A stretch of DNA of 61,193 nucleotides, taken from an uncultured Methanosarcinales archaeon. GTDB taxonomy: Archaea > Nanobdellota > Nanobdellia > Woesearchaeales > CAIVOO01. Under the pieces are notes generated by a model. It saw only the letters and a list, made by a program, of their open reading frames with translations, searched no databases and was not told the origin of the DNA. Where the stretch lies: assembly GCA_964485195.1 (NCBI GenBank), contig CAZAIK010000003.1:64800-125992 (forward strand), in the 5' to 3' direction. A program made the position numbers and the translations under genes. Below are positions 18,768 through 27,906 of the stretch, in pieces. The number at the start of each line of letters is the position of its first letter. The first letter of the stretch is position 1.

Positions 18768-20321
18768 ATGAAAAATAATACTATAGCCCTTCTGATTGGT
18801 GTTTTCATAATCATTATGATTGCAAGCTTTTTCACTGCTCCGCAGAGCATAGTGCGCATTACAGGTCTTGCATCTTCCGGAACTTCAAGCACAGCCTTCA
18901 ACATAACAGAGGAAGTTTCCATCCTTGTTTCAGGTACCATTGATTTTGGCGTTGGAAGGGTAGATCCCAATGCCACCAATACCACTATAGACAGTGCATT
19001 GGGAAAATATGATTATGACCTTGTCAACATAACCAGCGAAGTAGGGGATATGCCCTCCAGAAGGCTTTTTGGGGATATGAGCTTTGACAACGACAGGGGA
19101 ATTGTTGTCTCTTATGGAGGGTTCATCGCAGGGCCCAGCACATATTATAATGACACTTGGGAATTTGATTATTCTGCAAAGGACTGGACAAGAATTGCCA
19201 GCGCTGACAACTCCGCAGAATTGCCTGGAGGCGGAGGATTGGCATTCGCTCCATTAGCCTATAATTCAGATGCAAATCGCGTAATACTTTTCGGAGGACA
19301 GGTTTCCGGAGGTACCAAAGTAGGAGGAACCTGGGAATATAACGGAACCAACTGGACAAAGAGGAATCCTGACACTTCCCCTCCCAACCGCAGTAGCACA
19401 AGTATGGTTTACGACTCCAACAGGAATGTGATTGTCCTATTCGGAGGAGCGGGTAATGGAGGAAAACTGGCAGATACCTGGGAATACGATTATTCTGCAA
19501 ACAACTGGACAAATGTGACTCCTTCAACAAGCCCTTCAGCAAGGAACTGGCCAGGTCTGGCTTATGATTCTGAAAGAAATGAGGTAATACTCTTTGGGGG
19601 GCAAGACGCCAACAATGATTATGTTAATGACACCTGGGTATATGACGGAACTTCCTGGACTGACATTTCAAACTCTGTTAGGCCTTCCAATAGACTTGGT
19701 GTCATAAACTATGACCCATTGAGGGACAGGACATTATTGATAGGGGGGGACAATGGAACTTACCTCACTGATGTCTGGGACTTTGACAATGAATATGACC
19801 AATGGCACAGGATTTATGATGATGAGTCCATACAAAAAATAGGAGGAACACTCTTTGACTCTGTTAATAACGTAACTATTATGTTCGTCGGAACAGGGGA
19901 TTTTTGGGATAATTCTGAATATGTAAATGAGACCTGGCAGTTGAATTATTCCGTTGCCGGAGGGCTGGTCAACGGAACTTGGTTCCCTTACAAGGACTAT
20001 TTCTTCCTGGAGAATGACGGGACTGTGAATGTTAGCATTAATTTCACTGCTGACAAGAATGCCGGACAGTTTATTGGAGGAACCAGTCCTGTTTTTGCCA
20101 TTAAGGGTGTTGTTACTGAATCAGATGCGTGCCCAAGCCTGGTTACGAGCTATACTGATGTTCCCAACTCAACAGAAACTCCCCAGAATCTTTGTCCCTT
20201 GCTGAAGTTCGGACCGCAAACCAGTGACGAGTTTAGTATAGCCACGAAGCTTGTAGTCCCAAGTGACATACAGGCAGGGGGGAGGACGGCAACCATAACC
20301 TTCGCAGCTTCCAAGGTTTGA
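18768..20321 (+). CDS. Secreted/surface protein with Kelch beta-propeller inside a conserved N/C-terminal scaffold domain
   Basis: N-terminal TM plus ITGLA; repeats of YDS.R.V.ILFGG...DTWEYD...W; C-terminal ENDGTVN..FIGGTSP..ATITFAASKV. Confidence 0.85.
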   Translation: MKNNTIALLIGVFIIIMIASFFTAPQSIVRITGLASSGTSSTAFNITEEVSILVSGTIDFGVGRVDPNATNTTIDSALGKYDYDLVNITSEVGDMPSRRLFGDMSFDNDRGIVVSYGGFIAGPSTYYNDTWEFDYSAKDWTRIASADNSAELPGGGGLAFAPLAYNSDANRVILFGGQVSGGTKVGGTWEYNGTNWTKRNPDTSPPNRSSTSMVYDSNRNVIVLFGGAGNGGKLADTWEYDYSANNWTNVTPSTSPSARNWPGLAYDSERNEVILFGGQDANNDYVNDTWVYDGTSWTDISNSVRPSNRLGVINYDPLRDRTLLIGGDNGTYLTDVWDFDNEYDQWHRIYDDESIQKIGGTLFDSVNNVTIMFVGTGDFWDNSEYVNETWQLNYSVAGGLVNGTWFPYKDYFFLENDGTVNVSINFTADKNAGQFIGGTSPVFAIKGVVTESDACPSLVTSYTDVPNSTETPQNLCPLLKFGPQTSDEFSIATKLVVPSDIQAGGRTATITFAASKV

Positions 20322-20386
20322 TTTGTTTATAAGCTATTTTTTAAAGATAATTTTAAATACTATTTATTTGTAATGCTCTTTTAATA

Positions 20387-22174
20387 ATGAAAAATAATGT
20401 TTTGGCTTTTTTGGTAGTGGTTTTTATTTTTTTGAGTCTTGCTGGGTTTCTGGCTTTTCCTGGTGGTGTTGTTGAGATTACTGGTTTTGCTGGCAGCGGG
20501 ATTTCCAGTGCTGCTTTTAACATTACTGAGGAAGTCTCTGTTCTGGTTTCCGGGAATGTTGATTTTGGGGCTGGCCGTGTGAATCCTGACGCTTCGGAGG
20601 CTATTTTGCAGAGTTTTGAGGGTTATGTTTTTTATTCCTGGGTGAATGTTTCCCAGCCTGTTTCACGTCCTAGCGGTCGTTTTGGACAGGTTGTTTATCA
20701 TGAGGTCTGGGATGTTTTTGTTTTTTATGGCGGCCTTTTTAATGAGTCTGTTGCTGAAACCTGGCTGTACAATTATTCTGATAATTCTTGGAGCGAGTTA
20801 AGCACTTCCAGCATTCCTGTTGCCACCAGGAGTTTTGGTATGGTTTATGACTCTTCAAGTGGTGGGGTTGTTTTGTATGGTGGTATGTTGAATGATTCTT
20901 TTGATAGTGGGGTTTTGAATGGGACTTGGGTGTTGAATTCCAGCAGGGAATGGGAGAATGTCTTTCCTGCTTCAAGCCCTCCTGCGCTGGTGTGGCCTGC
21001 TATGGCTTTTGACAGTTCCAGAAATGTGACTGTTTTGTTTGGGGGTCATGCAGAAGATGAGTTTGTTAACGAAACTTGGGAATTCAACTCTTCTTCTGAA
21101 AGCTGGGTGAATGTTACTCCTTCTGGCGAGAGCCCTCATTTCAGGGTTGGTGCTGCTATTGCTTTTGNNNNNNNNNNCAGTGGGAGAAACGTGAGTGTTT
21201 TGTCCGGGGGATACTACCTGCCTTCTGGTGGCGGAGGGAGCTTTTTTAATGATACCTGGGAGTTTGATGGCTCTTCTTGGACTGATATTACCGGTTCTGT
21301 TAGTGGGGAGCCTACTGGCACTAGGGGTGCTTCTATGGTTTATGATCCTAAGCGTGATAGGATGGTCTTGCTTGATGGGGATTATATTGTTGGTAGTAGT
21401 GGTAATTTAGTTCAAAGCTCCAAATGTGCGGGCATAGCGGGAGACCTGAATTATGATGGTTATGTTAATGAAACCGACAATGACATATTGGAAGAAACGT
21501 ATACAGGAGCCAGGACAGATTCTTATTGTGGAGACCTGGATAATAATGGAATCATAGGCCCGTCAGATATTTCAACTCATAGCGATCTGATAAATAGCGG
21601 TGAATTTAATTTTTATGATCGTGTTTGGGAGTTCAACACTACTGACTGGTTTTTGACATCTCGTGAGGTTTTAGGGGACAGGCGCGCTGATTTGGTTTGG
21701 GATTCTGAAGACAATAAAACTTTTTTGTTTTACGGGACTGGTTTTGAGGAGGATTACTTATATAATGATGTCTGGTGGTATAATGGCTCTGACTTTTCTA
21801 CTGATGCTGGTTTTGATGCCTGCATCAACGGCACCTGGTTGTTTTCCAAGAGTTTTTTTACTATAGAGAATGATGGCACTGTGAATATCAGCGTGAACTT
21901 TAGTGCTGACAAGAATGCCGGCCAGTTTATCGGGGGCACTTCCCCTGAGTTTAAAATCAAGGGTGCTGTTAATGAGAGTGGGGCTTGTCCTGCTCTTGTA
22001 ACTTCTTTTACCGAGGTGCCTAATTCTTCTGAAACTCCCCAGAACATCTGTCCTTTGCTGAATTTTGGGAATCCTGCTGATGATTTTATTGTTCCAGTCA
22101 AGTTGGTGGTTCCGGGTGATGTGAGCGCGGGCAGTAAGAATGCCACCATAACCTTCGCAGCTTCCAAGGTTTGA
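20387..22174 (+). CDS. Paralogous Kelch surface protein with inserted dockerin-like module
   Basis: Same architecture as upstream gene plus GDLNYDGYVNETD and GDLDNNGIIGPSD Ca-binding loops; contains 10-N gap. Confidence 0.82.
   Translation: MKNNVLAFLVVVFIFLSLAGFLAFPGGVVEITGFAGSGISSAAFNITEEVSVLVSGNVDFGAGRVNPDASEAILQSFEGYVFYSWVNVSQPVSRPSGRFGQVVYHEVWDVFVFYGGLFNESVAETWLYNYSDNSWSELSTSSIPVATRSFGMVYDSSSGGVVLYGGMLNDSFDSGVLNGTWVLNSSREWENVFPASSPPALVWPAMAFDSSRNVTVLFGGHAEDEFVNETWEFNSSSESWVNVTPSGESPHFRVGAAIAFXXXXSGRNVSVLSGGYYLPSGGGGSFFNDTWEFDGSSWTDITGSVSGEPTGTRGASMVYDPKRDRMVLLDGDYIVGSSGNLVQSSKCAGIAGDLNYDGYVNETDNDILEETYTGARTDSYCGDLDNNGIIGPSDISTHSDLINSGEFNFYDRVWEFNTTDWFLTSREVLGDRRADLVWDSEDNKTFLFYGTGFEEDYLYNDVWWYNGSDFSTDAGFDACINGTWLFSKSFFTIENDGTVNISVNFSADKNAGQFIGGTSPEFKIKGAVNESGACPALVTSFTEVPNSSETPQNICPLLNFGNPADDFIVPVKLVVPGDVSAGSKNATITFAASKV
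21168..21177. other. Assembly gap (10 N)
   Basis: Ns in sequence; flanks GCTTTTG..CAGTGGG would read AFDSG with a single A, which keeps the frame. Confidence 0.9.
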
Positions 22175-22193
22175 ACCATTTTTTTGCTCTTAG

Positions 22194-22342
22194 AGTTAAG
22201 TCAACTTAATCGTGGCAGATCCTGGCACTGCGCTGTCCGCTTCCAAACCGCTTCTGAATCTGGCTTATTCAAACTTTTAAGTTTTGATTGGCAGCTTCGC
22301 TTGGCAGTGCATAGCAGAAAACGCGCAATAGTTGGCTTAATC
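22194..22342 (-). mobile_element. MITE-like element, copy 2 (149 bp, inverted)
   Basis: Ends AGTTAAGTCAACT / AGTTGGCTTAATC; 9-bp direct repeat TGCTCTTAG (22185-22193, 22343-22351); reverse complement aligns with copies 1 and 3. Confidence 0.88.
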
Positions 22343-22385
22343 TGCTCTTAGAAACATTTTTAAAGCTTGTTCTTTTGGGCAAAAC

Positions 22386-24437
22386 ATGCCAAATGAATTG
22401 ATAATAACTGAAAAGCCAAAAACAGGCTCCAAGATAGCAAAAGCTCTGGACGAGAATGCCAAAAAAGAGGCAATAAATGGCGTGCCTTACTATAATCTGG
22501 ACTATAAAGGGAAAAAGGTAACTGTTGCATCTTCTGTTGGACACGTTTACAATCTTGCTGAAAAAACACCCAATAAATGGCAGTATCCTGTTTTTGATAT
22601 AGGATGGAAGGAGTCCAGCAAGGTAAGGAAAGGCTCTGATTACACAAAAAAATATGTGAACGCAATAAAAAAGCTGGCAAAGGATGCGGATTCCTTTGTT
22701 GTTGCCACAGACTATGACATAGAAGGAGAAGTAATAGGACTGAACATCATCAGATATGCCTGCAACCAGAAGGATGCAGCCAGAATGAAATTTTCCACCC
22801 TGACCAAGCCCGACCTGATAAAGGCTTATGAAAACAAATCGCCAAGCCTGGACTGGGGTCAGGCGCTTGCAGGCGAGACAAGGCACACCCTGGACTGGTA
22901 TTATGGAATAAATATTTCCAGGGCATTGACTCACGCCATCAAGTCTGCAGGAATGTTCAAGATTCTCAGCACCGGAAGGGTGCAGGGCCCTTCCCTGAAG
23001 ATAATTGTTGACAAGGAGAGAAGCATACAGAAATTCAAGCCCAAAACATATTGGCAGATAGAGCTGGTCGGCAATGTTTCTGACGCTCTCATCAATGCCT
23101 GGCATTCAGAAGACAAAGTATTTGACAAGGCAAGGGCAGAGGAGATACTTGAAAAAACAAAGAATCAGGAAGCAGTGATAAAAGAGGTTGAAAGGAAAAA
23201 ATTCAGGCAGGCCCCGCCCACACCTTTTGACCTGACAACATTGCAGACAGAAGCTTACCGCTGTTTCAAAATTGCTCCCAAAACCACTTTGGTTATAGCC
23301 CAGAACCTTTACACAGACGGTTACATATCCTATCCGAGAACAAGTTCGCAGGTTCTGCCCAAGGAACTCGGATATAAAAACTTGATAAGCGAGCTTGCCA
23401 AGCAGGACAAATACAAAAAACTTGCTTCGGACCTGTTGTCAAAACAAAAACTGGAGCCGAACAACGGCAAGAAAACAGACCCTGCGCATCCTGCCATATA
23501 CCCTACAGGGGTAGTCCCCAAAAACCTGGATGACAGGGATTCAAAAATCTACGATCTAATTGTGAAAAGGTTCCTAGCCACTTTTTCAGACCACGCAGTT
23601 AGGGAAACATTGAAGGTTGACATAGAAGTTAACAAGGAAGTGTTTGTGGCAAAAGGAACAACAACAATAGAAAAGGGCTGGCACACTTTTTATGCTCCTT
23701 ATGCTGATTTCAAGGAGGAAGAGCTTCCAAATGTTTCAAAAGGCCAGCAGGTCAAGGTTGTGGAGATAAAAAAGCACGAGAAAGAGACCCAGCCTCCCAA
23801 AAGATACACTCCTGCATCAATAATCAGGGAGCTGGAGAAAAAGAGCCTGGGAACAAAGGCAACCAGGGCAGGTATAATTGACACGCTTTACGAGAGAGGC
23901 TATGTTTCTGGAGAGCAGATACAGGCTACAGAATTGGGCATAAAGACAATAGAAAGCCTGGAAAAATTTTGTCCCAAAATAATTGATGAGGATTTGACAA
24001 GAAAATTTGAGGTAGAAATGGAGGAGATACAGGAGGGAAAGAAAAAGCCGGAGAAAGTGCTTGGAGAGGCACGCACCCTTCTGGAACAGATACTCCAGGA
24101 GCTAAAGCAGAAGGAGGAGCAGGTAGGGGAGAAGCTGAAGGAGGCGTACAGGGAAACTGCCAGGCAGGCAAATATAGTGGGCAAATGCCCTGTGTGCAAG
24201 GAAGGCAATTTAAGGATAATCACTGCCAAGGCCTCAGGCAAGAGGTTCATAGCCTGCGACAGGTATCCTGAGTGCAAGACCACTTTTGGGATACCCCAAT
24301 CAGGATCCATAAAGCCTTTTAAAAATCCGTGCAAGGAGTGCGGATATCCTGTGGTTACTGTAATTCGCAAAGGAAAAAGGCCCTGGAGGCTGTGCATAAA
24401 CTCCAATTGCCCGTCCAGGCTCAAACACAGTCTGTAG
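22386..24437 (+). CDS. topA: DNA topoisomerase IA
   Basis: LIITEKP, ATDYDIEGE, STGRVQ, ISYPRT, AHPAIYPT, LGTKATR, C-terminal Zn ribbons. Confidence 0.97.
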   Translation: MPNELIITEKPKTGSKIAKALDENAKKEAINGVPYYNLDYKGKKVTVASSVGHVYNLAEKTPNKWQYPVFDIGWKESSKVRKGSDYTKKYVNAIKKLAKDADSFVVATDYDIEGEVIGLNIIRYACNQKDAARMKFSTLTKPDLIKAYENKSPSLDWGQALAGETRHTLDWYYGINISRALTHAIKSAGMFKILSTGRVQGPSLKIIVDKERSIQKFKPKTYWQIELVGNVSDALINAWHSEDKVFDKARAEEILEKTKNQEAVIKEVERKKFRQAPPTPFDLTTLQTEAYRCFKIAPKTTLVIAQNLYTDGYISYPRTSSQVLPKELGYKNLISELAKQDKYKKLASDLLSKQKLEPNNGKKTDPAHPAIYPTGVVPKNLDDRDSKIYDLIVKRFLATFSDHAVRETLKVDIEVNKEVFVAKGTTTIEKGWHTFYAPYADFKEEELPNVSKGQQVKVVEIKKHEKETQPPKRYTPASIIRELEKKSLGTKATRAGIIDTLYERGYVSGEQIQATELGIKTIESLEKFCPKIIDEDLTRKFEVEMEEIQEGKKKPEKVLGEARTLLEQILQELKQKEEQVGEKLKEAYRETARQANIVGKCPVCKEGNLRIITAKASGKRFIACDRYPECKTTFGIPQSGSIKPFKNPCKECGYPVVTVIRKGKRPWRLCINSNCPSRLKHSL

Positions 24438-24500
24438 AGGTTTAATATCCCAGTATACAAAATAGTAACATTTATATAATAGTTTGCGATAATTTTGTAT

Positions 24501-27020
24501 ATGTTGTATATAAAAAGAGGCATTCCTATAGTAATTTTTCTTCTGTTAGCATCAGTCGCGCTTGGCGCTCATTCTGCATCAATATCCGCTGATTACATCC
24601 CTGTTTATGAAACAACAAACACGAATATTTCAGTTGAAGTCAGCAACAGCCTGTTCAGCTCTGCATCAATAAATGAAGTCACCCTCCTGCTGGATAATTT
24701 TGACATTCTTTCTGTTGTTGATATGGGCTGGGACTCTGATGTAAGTAACAGCACAGCAGTTTTTTCCACTTCAAAGGACAGGATAGGAAGGTGGGGCTCG
24801 CAAATATTTGGCCTTGCCATCAAGGCAGGTAATGTCAATGAAAACCAGTCAGTAATGTGGGAAATAACAACCAGGGACAACGCTGGTGATTTAGAAGTCA
24901 ACACTCTGAATGTTATTATCCTTAATGATTATTCAGCACCTGTGATTTCCAACGTGCTCCCTGAAAACGGTTCTTTCGTAAGACAGGGCACAGCTGACCA
25001 GGAATTTTCCTTTACAGCAGTGGATGAAGAAACAGGCATTTTAAATGTTAACGGAATCTATGGCATTTGCGGCAATTTGTCAAACACATTAAGCTTTACC
25101 CAAAACGGAGATGATTACTCAACTTCAGAGGATCTTTCAGGATATGCTGACGAATCTGTCCTCTGCTATGAATATTCTGCACAGAATAACGGAGGTGAAA
25201 CTGCAACTGTAAACGGCAGGTTCACCATTGATGGCTCTGCGCCCCATATTGAGCTGGTATTTCCTGAGGAAGGGGCATTGATGAACAACAATTCATTGTT
25301 CCAGTTTACAGCAACAGACAACCTTGCTCCGGTAATAACCTGCTCAATATACGTGGACGGGGAAGAGACAGACACAGTCAATGCAACAAGCAGTGACATC
25401 ACAGGTATCTCTGTTGAGAACATACCTGAAGGAGATCACGAGTGGTACGTAAGCTGTACAGACCTTGCAGGAAACCAGGGCAGTTCTGAGACCAGGGCTT
25501 TTTCCCTTGACAAAACCCTTCCGGTGATAAATGTAACTTCTCCTCTTAGCGGATCAGTCAACAAGGCAGGTGTTCCTGTGGAAGTTGAAGTGACAGACAA
25601 TTACGGAGTTACGCAGATATGGTACGAATTCCAGGATGAAACTTATTCTAATCTGACAAGCCCATTCTCAATAAACACGGAGAACGCAACAGACGGCCCC
25701 AACTTAATAACAATCTATGCGACTGATGAAGCGGGAAACGAGGCTGTTCTGGACTATTTAATGATCGTGGACAGGGAAGGACCAACAATAGACCTTATAT
25801 CCCCTGTTGACAACGGAACATTTGACTATCACGTGCACTTTTTGTCAACAGTTACAGACAACTACGATCCTTTGCTTGACTGTGAAGTGATTGTTGATGG
25901 CTCTGTGGCCGGAAGCTTCCAGGCTGAAAACGGCAATATGACTGATGAGATGATTATGCTTGATTTGGGAACAAACAAGTCAGTCAGTGTCCAGTGCACC
26001 GATGATGCCGAAAACCCAGCATTTCAAAACATGACAATAAACATTGTGGATTTAACAGGCCCGGACATATCCCTTCAAGACATAGGGACAATTGTTCGCG
26101 GAGAATCTGTTAACATAAACGCAACAGTCACAGACCTCAGCGGAATAGACAGCGTAAATGCCATAATTAGTCTTGCCAACGGAACAGCTGTGACTGTAAG
26201 CCTTTCAAATAACGGAAATACCTATACAGGGGAATACCCCACAACAACCAGCTCGCCATTGGGCAACTATTCCCTGGACATAACTGCAAATGACACAAAC
26301 GGATACGACTCAACAGCAATGGACAATTTTGAGGTTGTAAATGGCTACATAATAACTCTTGATATCACAAGCCCTGTAACTGAAGGCGATCAGGTAACAG
26401 TTTCAGGAACTGCCCAAAGGGATGACGAAGCTCCAGTAGATGAGATAATTGCCGTGCTTCCTTCAGGAAACAGGACACTTCCTGTTTCCAATGGTTCTTA
26501 CAGCACTGTTTTCAATTCACCAGCTCCCGGCACTTATGAAATAATGGCATACCTGAGTGCCAATAACAGAACATTCAGCGAAACAAAAACACTTGAGGTT
26601 AGGGCACGAGCAAGTTCTGATGGGAGTTCAAGCTCCGGCGGAAGCTCTGGGGGAGGCCGGGGAAAGCATTCAACTGTGGCGATGCCTCTTGACGTTGAAG
26701 AAGAAGAGCCTGAAGAAAGCCAGCCCCAAGAGATTGTGGGCAAACACGCTACAGAGCCAAAATTAGAGCCGTCACCCGCAGAGCCAAGAGAGGATCCTAA
26801 CAGTGCTGTCAACACGAGCGAACAGCCAGGAAACGGGATTGGGCGCGCAGGAGGATTCCTCAATCTTGAGAACATTAAATGGAGCAGCCTGTTATGGGTG
26901 GTTCTGGCAATACTGGCAGTGGCGTTGCTTATAAAGTTGCTTGCCAGTAAAGGAGGCAGAAAGAGAAGGAAAAGAAATGATTTTGATCTCGACAGATACC
27001 TGGCAAGCAGGAGACGCTGA
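24501..27020 (+). CDS. Large surface glycoprotein with Ig-like repeats and C-terminal TM anchor
   Basis: Signal peptide, D..AP.I repeats, CTDLAGN, many NxS/T sequons, Gly/Ser linker, TM plus basic tail. Confidence 0.85.
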   Translation: MLYIKRGIPIVIFLLLASVALGAHSASISADYIPVYETTNTNISVEVSNSLFSSASINEVTLLLDNFDILSVVDMGWDSDVSNSTAVFSTSKDRIGRWGSQIFGLAIKAGNVNENQSVMWEITTRDNAGDLEVNTLNVIILNDYSAPVISNVLPENGSFVRQGTADQEFSFTAVDEETGILNVNGIYGICGNLSNTLSFTQNGDDYSTSEDLSGYADESVLCYEYSAQNNGGETATVNGRFTIDGSAPHIELVFPEEGALMNNNSLFQFTATDNLAPVITCSIYVDGEETDTVNATSSDITGISVENIPEGDHEWYVSCTDLAGNQGSSETRAFSLDKTLPVINVTSPLSGSVNKAGVPVEVEVTDNYGVTQIWYEFQDETYSNLTSPFSINTENATDGPNLITIYATDEAGNEAVLDYLMIVDREGPTIDLISPVDNGTFDYHVHFLSTVTDNYDPLLDCEVIVDGSVAGSFQAENGNMTDEMIMLDLGTNKSVSVQCTDDAENPAFQNMTINIVDLTGPDISLQDIGTIVRGESVNINATVTDLSGIDSVNAIISLANGTAVTVSLSNNGNTYTGEYPTTTSSPLGNYSLDITANDTNGYDSTAMDNFEVVNGYIITLDITSPVTEGDQVTVSGTAQRDDEAPVDEIIAVLPSGNRTLPVSNGSYSTVFNSPAPGTYEIMAYLSANNRTFSETKTLEVRARASSDGSSSSGGSSGGGRGKHSTVAMPLDVEEEEPEESQPQEIVGKHATEPKLEPSPAEPREDPNSAVNTSEQPGNGIGRAGGFLNLENIKWSSLLWVVLAILAVALLIKLLASKGGRKRRKRNDFDLDRYLASRRR

Positions 27021-27862
27021 TGCTGGAGCAACTAAGGATAAGCCTGCTTGAAAAAAGGCCTTACATTATTTTTTTTATAGGAATAATATATGTTTTTATC
27101 GGTTTTTTCACTTCCAAAATATTCTTTCCCAGAATAGTATCAACAGCCACTCTTTTTCTAGTTACCCTGCTTTTGGTTCCCACCATTATCAAGCTGCTTG
27201 ACCTGGAGGAAAGCAGGGAAAGAAAGGATGGCACCAATAATTTCTTCAGGAACCACAAGGATATATCCGAAGTTTACATTTTCCTGTTCCTTGGAATTTT
27301 CATAGGCGCTTTACTGCTTGCAATGTTCACGCCTTTGGAAAATTTTGAAAGCAATTTTGACTATCAGCTTGACTTCCTGGAAAACCAGGAAGGACTGAGC
27401 AGCGAGCTGGTGAAGACAAAAACCCAGACAGGGATACAGCCCTCACTTAATGCCTTTTTGGGCCTTCTTGAAAACAACCTGCTGGTAGTTCTGCTTTTGT
27501 TTGCGCTTTCCCTCTTTTACGGGGCAGGGGCAATATTCCTTATAGTGCTCAACGCCAGCATATTCTCAACCTTTGCGGCTTTTGTGATGAGGGAACTGCC
27601 CACCATCACCAACAAGGCGGCGCTTCTGGGGATTTTTTCAGTGCATATGGTGCCTGAACTTTTAGGGTTCCTGCTTGCAGCCATTGCAGGAGGTGTTGTT
27701 TCAAAAGCTGTTATGCAGGAAAGGTTCCTTAGCGGGCCTTTCAAGAACGTGATGAAAGACGCATTCTTGCTGTTCATAATAGCTGCAGCGATAATAGTGA
27801 TTTCTGCTTTTCTGGAAACTTATGTGACCACCGGTCTTTTCAACATATTTTTGGTCAGTTAA
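27020..27862 (+). CDS. Stage II sporulation protein M (DUF95)-like membrane protein
   Basis: ENNLLV..SLFYGAG..VLNAS..HMVPELLGF.LAAIAGG..SAFLETY. Confidence 0.85.
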   Translation: MLEQLRISLLEKRPYIIFFIGIIYVFIGFFTSKIFFPRIVSTATLFLVTLLLVPTIIKLLDLEESRERKDGTNNFFRNHKDISEVYIFLFLGIFIGALLLAMFTPLENFESNFDYQLDFLENQEGLSSELVKTKTQTGIQPSLNAFLGLLENNLLVVLLLFALSLFYGAGAIFLIVLNASIFSTFAAFVMRELPTITNKAALLGIFSVHMVPELLGFLLAAIAGGVVSKAVMQERFLSGPFKNVMKDAFLLFIIAAAIIVISAFLETYVTTGLFNIFLVS

Positions 27863-27906
27863 AAAGAATTCATAACCTTTAAATATAACTAAACTGCTGA
27901 TTTTCT

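Noticed and set aside
21168..21177. Possible frameshift or break in Kelch paralog 2
   Set aside because: Scaffolding Ns; the flanks restore the Kelch AFDSG motif in frame.
18768..22174. Diversity-generating retroelement as the cause of the adenine-poor paralog
   Set aside because: No reverse transcriptase and no TR/VR pair differing only at adenines in the window; differences also include many C-to-T changes.
18571..22342. Composite transposon formed by MITE copies 1 and 2 around the Kelch genes
   Set aside because: Each copy has its own distinct TSD pair, which indicates independent insertions.
22269..24523. Long antisense ORFs opposite topA (and similar ones opposite aglB and the Ig-repeat genes)
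   Set aside because: Shadow frames of well-supported genes with no recognisable motifs.
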